This document shows positions 33,692 to 43,875 of a stretch of 64,000 nt of DNA, one piece after another (the stretch's first letter is position 1; every line of letters starts with the position of its first letter). The notes under the pieces were generated by a model. It saw only the letters and a program-made list of their open reading frames with translations. It was not told the DNA's origin and made no database searches. Origin of the DNA: an uncultured Pseudomonadota bacterium (GTDB lineage Bacteria; Pseudomonadota; Alphaproteobacteria; Rhizobiales; Beijerinckiaceae); contig CAWADL010000024.1 of the NCBI GenBank assembly GCA_963780825.1, positions 18,850 to 82,849 of the forward strand, given 5' to 3'. A program made the position numbers and the translations under genes.

Positions 33692-34180
33692 ATGTCAGCA
33701 ACCCCTCTCACCGTCGAAGCGCTCGCGTTGCTATTGCCGACGAAGGCGCGGCTCATCGGCGTCGACTTGGGCGCGAAGACCGTCGGCCTCGCCCTCTCCG
33801 ATGTCGAACGCCGCATCGCGACCCCGCTCACGACCCTGAAGCGGACCAAGTTTGCACGTGATGCGGAGGCGCTCGCCGCCCAGGTCAAGCAGTTCGAAGT
33901 CGTCGCGCTGGTCTTTGGAATGCCGATCGGTCTCGACGGAAAGGATACACCGCGCGCCCAGGCGACGCGCGCCTTCGCCCGCGAGTACCAGCGCCTCTAT
34001 CCTGTCCCGCTGGCGTTCTGGGACGAGCGCATGTCGACCGCCGCCGTCGAGCGCGACCTGATCGCCAACGATGTTTCGCGTGCGCGCCGCGCCGAAGTCA
34101 TCGACAAGATGGCGGCCGCCTATATTTTGCAAGGCGCGCTCGACCGGCTCGGTCGTTTGTCCCCGTTCGAGCGAACGTAA
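33692..34180 (+). CDS. ruvX: Holliday junction resolvase-like protein RuvX/YqgF
   Basis: GVDLGAKTVGLALSD, WDERMST, IDKMAAAYILQ. Confidence 0.92.
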   Translation: MSATPLTVEALALLLPTKARLIGVDLGAKTVGLALSDVERRIATPLTTLKRTKFARDAEALAAQVKQFEVVALVFGMPIGLDGKDTPRAQATRAFAREYQRLYPVPLAFWDERMSTAAVERDLIANDVSRARRAEVIDKMAAAYILQGALDRLGRLSPFERT

Positions 34181-34285
34181 ACGCGACAGCCAGACCCAGC
34201 GCCGGCGGGTCAATCGATCATATTTTAGGCTTGTTTTCCCAATGATTCCGCGCAACACAATGCAAGGTATCGCAGCGAGGCGCCG

Positions 34286-34537
34286 TTGAGCGAGCCGCTT
34301 ATCTATCCTCCAGCTTCCGAATCCGACAGCGCGCTAGGCGAGACCGAAGCGTTGAACCCTGTGGATCAAACGCGGGCCGTTGCGGAATATATCGGCGACA
34401 TGATCGGGCAACTCGAATCGATGTCGCGGCTAGCCGGCTTCGACTTGCTTGTCTATCTACTATCTATGGCTCGGGTCGAGGCGGAAACAAACGCCCGCCG
34501 CCTGAGTCATCTTGGAGCCGACGGCCAACGGCGCTAG
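34286..34537 (+). CDS. Small hypothetical protein
   Basis: AEYIGDMIGQLESMSRLAGFDLLVYLLSMARVEA, a helical pattern seen in small rhizobial proteins; TTG start uncertain. Confidence 0.55.
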   Translation: MSEPLIYPPASESDSALGETEALNPVDQTRAVAEYIGDMIGQLESMSRLAGFDLLVYLLSMARVEAETNARRLSHLGADGQRR

Positions 34538-35775
34538 CGGGCGCCGAGTGTGCGGGCAACGCTTTCGGCGGCGCTGATACCGGTTTCGTAGGCGCCATGC
34601 GCGGTCGAATAACTCGAGGGCGAACACGCTTCGCCGGCGAAGAAGATCCGCCCGTCCACGGATTCGGCAAGGCTGGCGCGGCAGGCCACAAAACCGGGAC
34701 GAGCGTACGAATAGGCCCCGGCGGACCAGGGGTCGGTGCGCCATCCGTGATAGCACAAAGGCCGCAGTGATTTACGAACAGCCGCCCCGAACAAGCCAGC
34801 GAGTTCATCCGAGGCGAAAGCCGCAGTCGCGTCCATGCCTCCCGCCTCCAGGCCCTCCGCGAGTTCGCCGCCAAAGTAGCATTCTACGATCGGCCGCCCG
34901 CGCGGACGAATGTGATAGGCTGCGGTGGCGCGAGCGTTGATGTTGCCGAACGCACGCGAGTCCGGCTCGAAAGCTTCCGCGCCCTCAAGCCGGAAGTACA
35001 CCTTATCAGCGAGTCCCAGCGGCAAACCCTCGGCCGCTTCGGTCTTATCAGGCAAAGCCGGACGGAACAGGTCGGGCGCTCGCGCCAGCACCCCCGTCGA
35101 CAGCGTCACGATGACCGCGCGGCAACGAACGGCGCCGAGATCGGTTTCCAGCATCACTTGCCGGCCGCTGTGATCGATAGCGCGCACCGGGCAACGGTAG
35201 CGCACAGGGGCGGTCGCGGCCAAAGCCGCGACGACGGCGCCATATCCATCAGGGACCCGCCAGTTCACTCCGGAGTCCTCGTAAGCGGCGAGATCGTGCA
35301 CGGAAACCTTCTCCAGTTCCGCGCCGCTGTAATAGGTGCTGACCGCATCGATCATCGGGTTGAAGGGATCGCCCGGCGTGAGCAGCGTGTCCAAGGCCGC
35401 ATCGGGGCCGTCAGGCGGAAACGCCGCGACCCTCTCGCGGAAACGTCCGATGGCCGCGTTGAAGCCGGCCATCGCCTCGCGGTTGGGCCCGATCTGCGAT
35501 CCGGCCCGTGCCCAAGGCGGTGGCGATTTGTCGAGTTTTCGCCCCTGACGCACCGCGATTTCCGCCCAGGGGTTGGTTTCCGCCGAATGCAGCCAGCCGC
35601 AGCCCAGATCGAGGGGCAAGCCGTCTACCGGAGTTACAGTCCAGGCCCGCCCACCGGGCCGCTCGCGGGCCTCTAAGACGACGAAGGAAAGGCCGGTCGA
35701 CGCGAGGCGATCCGCGGCGGCGACGCCGGCGGCGCCGGCGCCGACGACAACCACATCGAATTCATCGTGCGGCAC
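34534..35775 (-). CDS. Flavin monoamine oxidase family protein
   Basis: VVGAGAAG, LEARERPGGR, DLGCGWLH, FAGEA and TAHGAYETG motifs. Confidence 0.88.
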   Translation of the reverse strand: MPHDEFDVVVVGAGAAGVAAADRLASTGLSFVVLEARERPGGRAWTVTPVDGLPLDLGCGWLHSAETNPWAEIAVRQGRKLDKSPPPWARAGSQIGPNREAMAGFNAAIGRFRERVAAFPPDGPDAALDTLLTPGDPFNPMIDAVSTYYSGAELEKVSVHDLAAYEDSGVNWRVPDGYGAVVAALAATAPVRYRCPVRAIDHSGRQVMLETDLGAVRCRAVIVTLSTGVLARAPDLFRPALPDKTEAAEGLPLGLADKVYFRLEGAEAFEPDSRAFGNINARATAAYHIRPRGRPIVECYFGGELAEGLEAGGMDATAAFASDELAGLFGAAVRKSLRPLCYHGWRTDPWSAGAYSYARPGFVACRASLAESVDGRIFFAGEACSPSSYSTAHGAYETGISAAESVARTLGAR

Positions 35776-35960
35776 GGGAAATGTCCTCGGATTTATCTGA
35801 TGACGCTTTTTTCCCAATCTCGTACGGAGCGGGCGAAGTCAAACGCAGCGACCTCGCGATTGGCGCCGAGCGGGCGCCTGAAAATGCCCGCGCGCCGGTC
35901 CGGAACATGGGCCTCAGGCCGACGTTTCCCAGAGACGAAATCCACCTGAGGGACGCGAAC

Positions 35961-36446
35961 ATGGCCGACAAAGATCCATATGACCGCATCTGGGAAGTCA
36001 TGCAGGAAGTCCGCATGGCGATGGTGGTTACCCATTCCGGCGATGGCGATGCGCTCCGGGCGCGGCCGATGGCGGCCCGCCCCGAAGAGGACGACAACGC
36101 GATCTATTTCCTCACAGACGTAGGCGCGCCGAAAGATCAGGAAATCGCCGACAATGCGGAAGTCTGCCTGTCGTTTTCGGACCCAAAGTCCCAACGCTAC
36201 GTGTCGGTGACCGGAACGGCGGAGGTTCGCGCCGATCCCGAAATTGTGGCGCGGGTCTGGTCCGCGGCGGACAAGGCTTTCTGGACCGATGCGCAGGATC
36301 AACGCATCCGAGTGATAAGGGTGACCCCTGACCGCGGTGAGTTCTGGGAGGGACCGGGCTTTGTCGCTTGTGCCGCGAAAATGGTTGCGGCCGTCGCGAC
36401 CGGCTCCAGGCCCAAGTTTGAGCCCAGCCAAAAAGTCAACATGTGA
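35961..36446 (+). CDS. Pyridoxamine 5'-phosphate oxidase-like general stress protein
   Basis: LRARPM, IYFLTD, YVSVTGTA and GEFWEGP motifs. Confidence 0.8.
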   Translation: MADKDPYDRIWEVMQEVRMAMVVTHSGDGDALRARPMAARPEEDDNAIYFLTDVGAPKDQEIADNAEVCLSFSDPKSQRYVSVTGTAEVRADPEIVARVWSAADKAFWTDAQDQRIRVIRVTPDRGEFWEGPGFVACAAKMVAAVATGSRPKFEPSQKVNM

Positions 36447-36465
36447 GGGCCCGTGCGGCGCGCTC

Positions 36466-36774
36466 TGTAGACGCGGTCGCTGACCGCGTTCTTAGGCTCA
36501 AGCGCCTCGTTCTGCGAGATTTTTCCAAGCCGATCCACCGCGGTCAGCGACCCATAGGCACTAACCTAGAGCAATTTCCGATAAAATTGAATAACTTGCC
36601 AGCATGTCATCCCCGCGAAAGCGGGGATCCAGGGGCCACACGACGTGCGCTTCAACGTGTTGGCCACACGACGTGCGGCAGCCCTGGATCCCCGCTTTCG
36701 CGGGGATGACATCAAGTCTTTGAATAAATCGGCAACTATAAGTTAGCGCCTATGGGTCAGCGACCGCGGCTACA
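36466..36774. repeat. GTAG-type REP doublet (family E) hosting a MITE
   Basis: TGTAGACGCGGTCGCTGACCGCG ... ACCGCGGTCAGCGACC[MITE]GGTCAGCGACCGCGGCTACA. Confidence 0.85.
36553..36754. mobile_element. MITE type D, copy 1
   Basis: TIRs CATAGGCACTAAC / GTTAGCGCCTATG; 11-bp duplication GGTCAGCGACC (36542-36552 and 36755-36765); internal hairpin GTCATCCCCGCGAAAGCGGGGATCCAGGG...CCCTGGATCCCCGCTTTCGCGGGGATGAC. Confidence 0.9.
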
Positions 36775-36817
36775 AGGCGCCCGGTAAGGTTAGCACGGTT
36801 GTCGTTGGCAACCGCGA

Positions 36818-37378
36818 TTACTTCGACCGGCGAAAAATGTTCATCTCTACATTCTGAACGGCATCGAGTTCGATTCGCTCGGCATGCCGTAGCCCATACT
36901 TCTCCAGCACCGCCTCCGCATGAACGCCATCCCGACATTCCGAGAATACAGGATGTCCTCCCGGCAGCTTGACCCCCTTCGCCCGCGCGAGGTGAAAAAC
37001 GTCGTAACCGATCTTCAAGAATAGATCGAAGACGGCCCTCCCTCCCGGCGCCGCGACCTCGCCGCCGTCGGGGAGGACTTTCGCCACGACTTCAGGCCAA
37101 GCGATCTCCGCCGGGTTCCACCACCAGATACCTTCGCGGCTCTCCAAAGCCTTTGCCTCGCGGGATACGACGATCCGGGGAACGCCGTGCGTTTCCGGCT
37201 CGTTCTCATGGCTCACACGCGCGAAAACGACGAGATCGCTATGCGCGAGCGCCGCCTGATATTGCTGCCAATCCTTATCGTTACGCAGCGCCGCCGGAAT
37301 CTGGCCCTCTGCATCGGCAATCTTGTCGTCGTCAGAGACGATGGCGTAGCCGTGGATCTCGATAGGACGTTTAGGCAT
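36818..37378 (-). CDS. Dihydrofolate-reductase-like protein
   Basis: GYAIVSDD.KIAD..G..P..LRN.KD and GG..VFDLFL resemble a DHFR fold. Confidence 0.6.
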   Translation of the reverse strand: MPKRPIEIHGYAIVSDDDKIADAEGQIPAALRNDKDWQQYQAALAHSDLVVFARVSHENEPETHGVPRIVVSREAKALESREGIWWWNPAEIAWPEVVAKVLPDGGEVAAPGGRAVFDLFLKIGYDVFHLARAKGVKLPGGHPVFSECRDGVHAEAVLEKYGLRHAERIELDAVQNVEMNIFRRSK

Positions 37379-37447
37379 GGCGAACCTCCGGTCTGACGCT
37401 GAGATTACGCTGGCCCGCGCCGTGCGGTTTCACAAGCCAAGCCGGAA

Positions 37448-39610
37448 TTAAAGCTGCCCGAGCAGTTTTTCCAGTAGGTTTTTCTCGCGCGGTGTCGCCC
37501 CCTGCGGGATCGATGCGGGAGGGATCGGCGGCCGGCCGCCACGACCTTGGGACGCGCTCGCCATATCCTGCCCAATCTTGTTGATAGCGAGCGGCGCGCC
37601 CGCGCTGGCGACTGGCGCTGGCGGTGTCGGGGCAGCCTGATCCGGCTCTTCGCCGCGCCAATCGCCCAGCGGCAGGCCGACCACCGGCGCGCCCTGATGT
37701 GCGTCGCGCATGAAGCGGCTCCAAATCTCCACAGGCAGCCCCCCGCCGGCGACCTTCTTGGTCGACGCTCCATCATCGTTGCCGAGCCAGACGCCGGCGA
37801 CGAGATGCGACGTGTAACCGATGAACCAGGCGTCGCGATAATCCTGAGTCGTCCCGGTCTTGCCCGCGGCCTGCCAACCCGGCAGATCGGCCTTCTTCGC
37901 GGTGCCGATGGTCAGCGTCTCCGCCATCATCCCGTTCATCATCGCGACATAGCGCGGCTCGATGACGCGCCCGTAGTTGTAGGGATGACGCCGGTAAAGC
38001 GAGCGGCCGTTCGCCGTGCGCACGCTCATGATGACGTAAGGCCGCACGCCAATCCCGCCGTTGGCGAAAGCTGCGTAGGCAGAGACCATTTCCAGCGGCG
38101 TCACCTCCGAGGTGCCGAGCGCAATTGAGGCGTTCGGCTCCAAGTCAGAGAGGATGCCGAGGCGATGGGCGACCCGCACCACAGCTTTCGGGCCAACTTC
38201 CAACCCCAGTCTGACAGCCACCGTGTTGAGCGACATGGCGAGCGCCTTGGTGAGCGTCACCGAGCCGAAATATTCGTGGCTGTAGTTTTCCGGCGACCAG
38301 CCCTTGACGGTGATCGGCGCGTCCTGGCGGACGTCGTCGGGCCGGACGCCCTTCTCCAACGCTGCGAGATAGACAAACGGTTTGAATGACGAGCCCGGCT
38401 GCCGCTTGGCGGCGATGGCGCGGTTGAACTGGCTGTCGGCGTAATTGCGGCCGCCAACCAGCGCTTTCACGCCGCCGTCTGGATCCAGCGCCACCACCGC
38501 GCCTTGGCCCACGTCGAACTTCGCGCCCTTGGCGTCGAGTTCGCCGGTCAGCGCGCGCTCGGCCTCCGACTGCATCTTGGGGTCGATCGTCGTCATGACG
38601 ACGATGTCCTCGTCAATCGCGCCGACCGTGTCGTCGAGCGCGTCCATCACATAGTCGGCGGCGTAGTTGATGGAGCCGGCGCCCTTGACGTTCGCGACCT
38701 GCGCAGGCGCGCCGAGCGCGATCTTGGCCATGGCCTGCGTCACATAGCCCTGCTCGGCCATTGCGGTGACGACTTGCGCCGCCCGCTCGTTCGCGCCTTT
38801 GAGATTATGGTTGGGCGCCAGTTTGGTTGGAGACTTCATCAGTCCCGCCAACAACGCGGCCTCGGAAAGCGTGACGTCCTTGGCGTCCTTGCCGAAATAT
38901 TTGTGCGCCGCCGCCTCTACACCGTAGGCGCCGGAACCGAAGTAGACGCGATTGAGATAGAGTTCGAGGATCTGATCCTTCGAATATTTGCGCTCCATCC
39001 ACAGCGCCAGGATCGCCTCCTGGAATTTTCGCGAGATCGTGCGCTCTTGAGTGAGAAACAGATTCTTCGCGAGCTGCTGCGTCAGCGTCGAGCCGCCCTG
39101 CATGCCGCCGCTTCCGGTGACGTCGCGAAACACCGCCCGCGCGATGCCCACGGGGTCGATGCCGAAATGTTCGTAGAAGCGCCGATCCTCGATCGCGATG
39201 AAGGCCTTTGGCAGATAGGGCGGCAGATCGCCAAGCCGCACCGCGGCGCCGCCGGTATCGCCGCGATCGGCGAGCACGCTGCCGTCGACGCCGAGGATTT
39301 GGATGTCGGGCGGCCGCTTCGGCAGCGCGAGCTGGTCGATCGGCGGCAACTGGCTGGCGTAATAGGCGAACAGGCCGCCAAGGGTGACGACGCCCCAAAC
39401 GCCGAGCACGACGCCCCAATAGAAAAGCGTCCCTAAGATCGAACGGCTGCGGCGGCGCGGGCGCTTCTTGTCTTTTCGGCTATCGGGGCGGCGACGGGAC
39501 GTCGGGCGGTCCTCGGGGTCGGCGCGCAGATCGGAATCGGAATGGTCCGAGCCATCGTCGAAACGCGGCTCGATCCGTCGGCTCGCCTTTCTGCCGCGTG
39601 ACCCGAACAT
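37448..39610 (-). CDS. Class A penicillin-binding protein (PBP1A family)
   Basis: EDRRFYEH.GID and GGSTLTQQLAKN (transglycosylase); SSFK, SLN and KTG (transpeptidase). Confidence 0.92.
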   Translation of the reverse strand: MFGSRGRKASRRIEPRFDDGSDHSDSDLRADPEDRPTSRRRPDSRKDKKRPRRRSRSILGTLFYWGVVLGVWGVVTLGGLFAYYASQLPPIDQLALPKRPPDIQILGVDGSVLADRGDTGGAAVRLGDLPPYLPKAFIAIEDRRFYEHFGIDPVGIARAVFRDVTGSGGMQGGSTLTQQLAKNLFLTQERTISRKFQEAILALWMERKYSKDQILELYLNRVYFGSGAYGVEAAAHKYFGKDAKDVTLSEAALLAGLMKSPTKLAPNHNLKGANERAAQVVTAMAEQGYVTQAMAKIALGAPAQVANVKGAGSINYAADYVMDALDDTVGAIDEDIVVMTTIDPKMQSEAERALTGELDAKGAKFDVGQGAVVALDPDGGVKALVGGRNYADSQFNRAIAAKRQPGSSFKPFVYLAALEKGVRPDDVRQDAPITVKGWSPENYSHEYFGSVTLTKALAMSLNTVAVRLGLEVGPKAVVRVAHRLGILSDLEPNASIALGTSEVTPLEMVSAYAAFANGGIGVRPYVIMSVRTANGRSLYRRHPYNYGRVIEPRYVAMMNGMMAETLTIGTAKKADLPGWQAAGKTGTTQDYRDAWFIGYTSHLVAGVWLGNDDGASTKKVAGGGLPVEIWSRFMRDAHQGAPVVGLPLGDWRGEEPDQAAPTPPAPVASAGAPLAINKIGQDMASASQGRGGRPPIPPASIPQGATPREKNLLEKLLGQL

Positions 39611-39803
39611 GCTACATTCCCGCGAACGAAAACCGCGGAGCCATCCCCGACGCCTGGCCTCGATGACGAAACTTAAGAGCGGCGGATTAAGGTCGCGTAA
39701 AGGCTTGGGCGCGGCCGATTGGCGGAGGGGAGCGGAAGGATTGTGTCAAAGGAGAGGGTCAATTCCAAGCGAGAGAAAACGCTCGTTTGATCAACGCTCT
39801 CCC

Positions 39804-39956
39804 CGTCATGGCCGGACTTGTTCCGGCTATCCACGCCGTGACGCGGCTTGTCGGCTTCAGAACTCGAACGCTCGCGTTTGCAGCAGACGCTGCTTTATTC
39901 TGAATCCGGTAGCGCGCGTCACGGCGTGGATGGCCGGGACAAGCCCGGCCATGACG
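39804..39956. repeat. REP-like doublet, family F
   Basis: CGTCATGGCCGGACTTGTTCCGGCTATCCACGCC...GGCGTGGATGGCCGGGACAAGCCCGGCCATGACG. Confidence 0.9.
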
Positions 39957-40028
39957 GAACGGGCGCATTTTCAAGGGCATATCCTTCATCTTCGAAGCTA
40001 TTTCCTATGACAAGGAGCGTTCCAGAGA

Positions 40029-40739
40029 ATGAGAGACACCTACCCCGTCACGCCGATCAACCGAGCCAAGCGGCTGCACGAGCGCGCCGCTTACGACCAC
40101 GCGACGATCCACGCGCTGCTCGACGCCTCGATGCTCTGCCACATCGCCTACGTGGTCGACGGCCGCCCCTACTGCACGCCGACCCTGTTCTGGCGCGAGG
40201 GAACCAGGCTCTATTGGCACGGCAGCAGCGCCAGCCGCATGCTGCGCAGCCAATCCGAGGGCGAGCCGGTCTGCCTGACGGTCGCCCATCTCGACAGCCT
40301 GGTGCTGGCGCGCAGCGCCTTCAACCATTCCGTCGACTACCGCGCGGTGATGGCGTTCGGGCATGCGAAGCTGATCGAGGACGAGGCGGAGAAGCTGCGC
40401 GGCATCCGCGCCATGGTCGATCGCTTCTACCCGGGCCGTACGGACCTGTTGCGAGCGCCGACGGCGCAGGAGATCAAGGCGACCCGCTTCATCGGCATGG
40501 AGATCGAGCAGGCTTCCGCAAAAATCCGCGCCAAGGGCATCGGCGACGACGAGGAGGATTACGCGCTGCCGATCTATGCCGAGCGCATTCCCGTGCGCAC
40601 CGTGCTCGGCGCGCCGGAGCCTTGCGCGCGGCTCGTCGCCGGCGTCGCGAGGCCGGAGGGGATCGCTGGCTATCGCGAAGGGCGGCGACTCGATGAAACC
40701 GTGGCGGAGGCGTACGCCGCGACTTTCAAACCCGAATAG
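40029..40739 (+). CDS. Pyridoxamine 5'-phosphate oxidase-like flavin-binding protein (NimA-like)
   Basis: RAAYD, LYWHGSSASRML and LVLARSAFNHSVDYRAV motifs. Confidence 0.85.
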   Translation: MRDTYPVTPINRAKRLHERAAYDHATIHALLDASMLCHIAYVVDGRPYCTPTLFWREGTRLYWHGSSASRMLRSQSEGEPVCLTVAHLDSLVLARSAFNHSVDYRAVMAFGHAKLIEDEAEKLRGIRAMVDRFYPGRTDLLRAPTAQEIKATRFIGMEIEQASAKIRAKGIGDDEEDYALPIYAERIPVRTVLGAPEPCARLVAGVARPEGIAGYREGRRLDETVAEAYAATFKPE

Positions 40740-40838
40740 GCCCATGCCGCCCCGTACTGTCCGTCCGAAAGCCGCGAGAGTGTCCGTTTCCCTTCCCGCG
40801 CTGAAGTCATAAGGCGCGTCACGGATGAGGAGACGGCG

Positions 40839-41738
40839 ATGCGGCGTACGAGCGACGCTTGGGTTTACGGCTTCATCGGCATGGCGATTTTCAGCGCCTC
40901 GATGCCCGCGACGCGCGCCGGCGTGCTCGCCTTCGACCCGATGTTTCTCACCGCCGCCCGCGCCGCCATTGCCGGCGTACTTTCGATCGCCGCGCTCAGC
41001 CTGTGGAGAGCTCCCTGGCCATCCCCAAGGGATTGGGTGCGACTTGTCGTAGTCGCCGTCGGTGTCGTGCTCGGATTCCCGCTGCTCAGCGCATTGGCGC
41101 TGACTTACATCACCTCGGCGCATTCGCTGATCTGGCTGGGGCTGCTGCCGTTGGCGACCGCGCTCAGCGGCGTAGTGCTGGCCGGCGAACGGCTGCCGTT
41201 GCGCTTCTGGATCTTCGCGGCGCTGGGCGCGGCTTGTGTGGTCGGTTTCGCAGCGGCGCGATCATCAGGGGGCGAGGCGACAGGCGACGCGCTGATGGCG
41301 GCCGCTGTGCTTTCGGCGGGCGTCGGCTACGCGGAGGGGGCGATGTTGTCGCGAAGACTCGGCGGCTGGCAGGTCATAAGCTGGGCGCTGATCCTGTCGC
41401 TGCCGTTCAGCCTCTCGCTCGCTTTTGTGTTCCGGCCGGCGGCCTGGCCGCCGTTCAACTCAGCCGGATGGTTGGGGCTGGCTTATGTCTCGCTGTTCAG
41501 CATGTGGATCGGCTTCGTGTTCTGGTATCGTGGGCTGGCGCTCGGCGGCATCGCGGCGGTTGGACAATTGCAGTTGTTGCAACCGTTCTTCGGGCTCGTC
41601 ATCTCCGCGCTCGTGCTGCGCGAGTATGTGAGCCCTGCGACCTTCGCGGTTGCGGGCGCTGTGCTAGCTTGCGTGTTCGCGGCCAGGCGATCGTCGATGC
41701 CGCCGCGCGCGAAAGTTGCCGCCGTCGGGAGCGCCTAA
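40839..41738 (+). CDS. DMT/EamA-family transporter
   Basis: About 10 TM segments; FSASMPATR and WYRGLALGGIAAVGQLQLLQPF. Confidence 0.88.
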   Translation: MRRTSDAWVYGFIGMAIFSASMPATRAGVLAFDPMFLTAARAAIAGVLSIAALSLWRAPWPSPRDWVRLVVVAVGVVLGFPLLSALALTYITSAHSLIWLGLLPLATALSGVVLAGERLPLRFWIFAALGAACVVGFAAARSSGGEATGDALMAAAVLSAGVGYAEGAMLSRRLGGWQVISWALILSLPFSLSLAFVFRPAAWPPFNSAGWLGLAYVSLFSMWIGFVFWYRGLALGGIAAVGQLQLLQPFFGLVISALVLREYVSPATFAVAGAVLACVFAARRSSMPPRAKVAAVGSA

Positions 41739-42534
41739 TGGGAGAAACCGATCTGCCGCGGCGCATCGCCGAAGCCTACCGCTGGCAGCGGCGGCTCGGC
41801 GCGCGCGTGATCGAGACGCCGTATTGCCACATCGTCGCCGATCCCTCGAAGCCGGACGTCTGGGACTACAATCATGCCGACGCCGTGTCGGCGATAAGGC
41901 CCGCCGAGATCGACTTGGCGTTCGAAGCGATGGACCAGCATCTCGCCCACACGCGCTGGCGGGTCGTGCATACCGATGGGTTCACGCCGGACCCGTTTCT
42001 CGCGCGCCTCGCTTTCGCGGATTTTCGCGAGCGGCCGGTGACGATCCAGATGGCGCTGGAGGGCGAGATAGACTTTCGCGGGCCGCCGCCGGGACTTGCG
42101 CCTCGTCGAAACGGATGCAGGATTGGGCGGTGCTGGCGGAACTGGTTCTCGCCAACCACGCGGAGGGTCTTGCGACCGGAGGCCTAGGGATCGAACCAGA
42201 AGTCAGCGCCGGGTTGATCGCCGGCTATCGCGCGAAGACGCCGGCTTGCCGGTTTCATCTCGTCTACGAAGACGGAACCGCGATAGCTTATGCCGCGTGC
42301 GCCGCCGCGCCGAACGGGCTCGGCATGATCGAGGATGTGTTCACGTCGATCCCGCATCGAGGCCTAGGGGTCGCGAGCGCGACGATCGCGACGCTGGTCG
42401 GCCGCTTGCGCGAGCAGGGCTGCGGCGTCGTCTTCATCGGCGCCCTGGCGGAGGAGCGCGCCAAGCGCCTTTACGAGAAACTCGGCTTCCGCCCCGTTTC
42501 GCTCAACCGCGCGTGGGTAAAGGAATTGGGCTAG
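41738..42534 (+). CDS. GNAT-family acetyltransferase (one frameshift near 42095)
   Basis: IEDVFT...HRGLGVAS...AKRLYEKLGF in the C-terminal frame. Confidence 0.75.
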
Positions 42535-42553
42535 GCGAACACGTCCTATCACC

Positions 42554-42695
42554 CGTCATTGCGAGCGAAGCGAAGCAATCCAGCCTCTCCGTGATGCCCA
42601 GGTTTGGCTTGACCACGGACTGGCGCGACTGGCGCTGCTCTGCTCGCGGTGGCGCCATTGGACTCCAGCGCTGGATGGCTTCGCTCGCAATGACG
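42554..42695. repeat. REP-like doublet, family A
   Basis: Family A arms; the right arm is shortened by ~5 bp; lies between convergent genes. Confidence 0.87.
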
Positions 42696-42701
42696 GGTTC
42701 G

Positions 42702-43658
42702 CTAGATCCGCTCGATGATCTTCTCGCCAAACAAACCCTGCGGACGGAACAACAGGAAGGCGAGCGCGATGGCGTAGGCGAGCCAGCGCTCGATGCCGCC
42801 GCCAAACAACGGCCCCCAGTAGAATTCGCCCAGCTTCTCGCCGATGCCGATGATGAGCCCGCCGACAATGGCGCCGGGGATCGAGGTGAGGCCGCCAAGG
42901 ATCAGCACCGGCAGCGCCTTCAGCGCGACGACTTGCAGGGCGAAGGAAACATCGGAGCGCGCGCCCCACATGATGCCTGTCGCCAGCGCGACGACGCCGG
43001 CGGCGAACCAGACGACGACCCATATCTGCTCCAGCGAAATGCCGACCGACAGCGCCGCCTGATGATCGTCGGCCACGGCTCGGAGCGCCCGCCCGATGCG
43101 GGTCTTTTGGAAGAACACGCCGAGCCCCGCCACCATGAGAAGCGCGATCGCCGCCGCGGCAATGTCGAGCTTTTGCAGCGTGACCGTGCCGCCGAGAATA
43201 TGTAGATCAATCGCGCCGCTGGGCAGTCCCAGCTCGGTCGTGATCATCTGTTTCGGGTTGCCGCCGAAGACGAACTGTCCGAAGCCAATGAGGAAATAGG
43301 TGAGGCCGAAAGTCGCCATCAACAATATGATGTCGGCTTGGTTGACGAGTGGGCGCAGCACCAGCCGTTCGACGCCGACAGCGAGGCCGTACATGACGGC
43401 GACCGTGACGCCAAGCGCGATCCACGCCGGCAGGCCCTTTTCGTGCAATCCGACGAGCGTCAGCGCCGCGAACACCATCATGATGCCCTGCGCGAAATTG
43501 AACACGCCCGAGGCTTTGTAGATGAGTACGAAACCGAGCGCGATGAGCGAATAGAGCACGCCGCCGACGAAGCCTTCCCAAATTGTTTGTGCGAACAGAT
43601 CGGGCGCGGAGAGCATCTGCGCGAAGGGATCGATGAAGACGGCATAGAGCGGGTTCAT
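42702..43658 (-). CDS. Branched-chain amino acid-type ABC permease (LivH-like)
   Basis: YSLIALGFVLIYKASGVFNFAQG, TRIGRALRAVA, LFRPQGLFG. Confidence 0.9.
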   Translation of the reverse strand: MNPLYAVFIDPFAQMLSAPDLFAQTIWEGFVGGVLYSLIALGFVLIYKASGVFNFAQGIMMVFAALTLVGLHEKGLPAWIALGVTVAVMYGLAVGVERLVLRPLVNQADIILLMATFGLTYFLIGFGQFVFGGNPKQMITTELGLPSGAIDLHILGGTVTLQKLDIAAAAIALLMVAGLGVFFQKTRIGRALRAVADDHQAALSVGISLEQIWVVVWFAAGVVALATGIMWGARSDVSFALQVVALKALPVLILGGLTSIPGAIVGGLIIGIGEKLGEFYWGPLFGGGIERWLAYAIALAFLLFRPQGLFGEKIIERI

Positions 43659-43692
43659 CCGCGCGCTCCTGGTGAGCACACGAAACTCCCCC

Positions 43693-43845
43693 CGTCATGG
43701 CCGGGCTTGTCCCGGCCATCCACGCCGGCGTGAGATGCGCGGTCGGTTGCGTTGGGCACCGAGGCAAGCCGCGCCGGCGCCGGGCGCTTGGCAAGCGGCG
43801 CTGCGCGTCGCGGCGTGGATGGCCGGGACAAGCCCGGCCATGACG
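43693..43845. repeat. REP-like doublet, family F, inside an operon
   Basis: CGTCATGGCCGGGCTTGTCCCGGCCATCCACGCC...CCCGGCCATGACG. Confidence 0.9.
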
Positions 43846-43875
43846 AGAAGGGGATTGTTTGACCGAAGCGCATCA

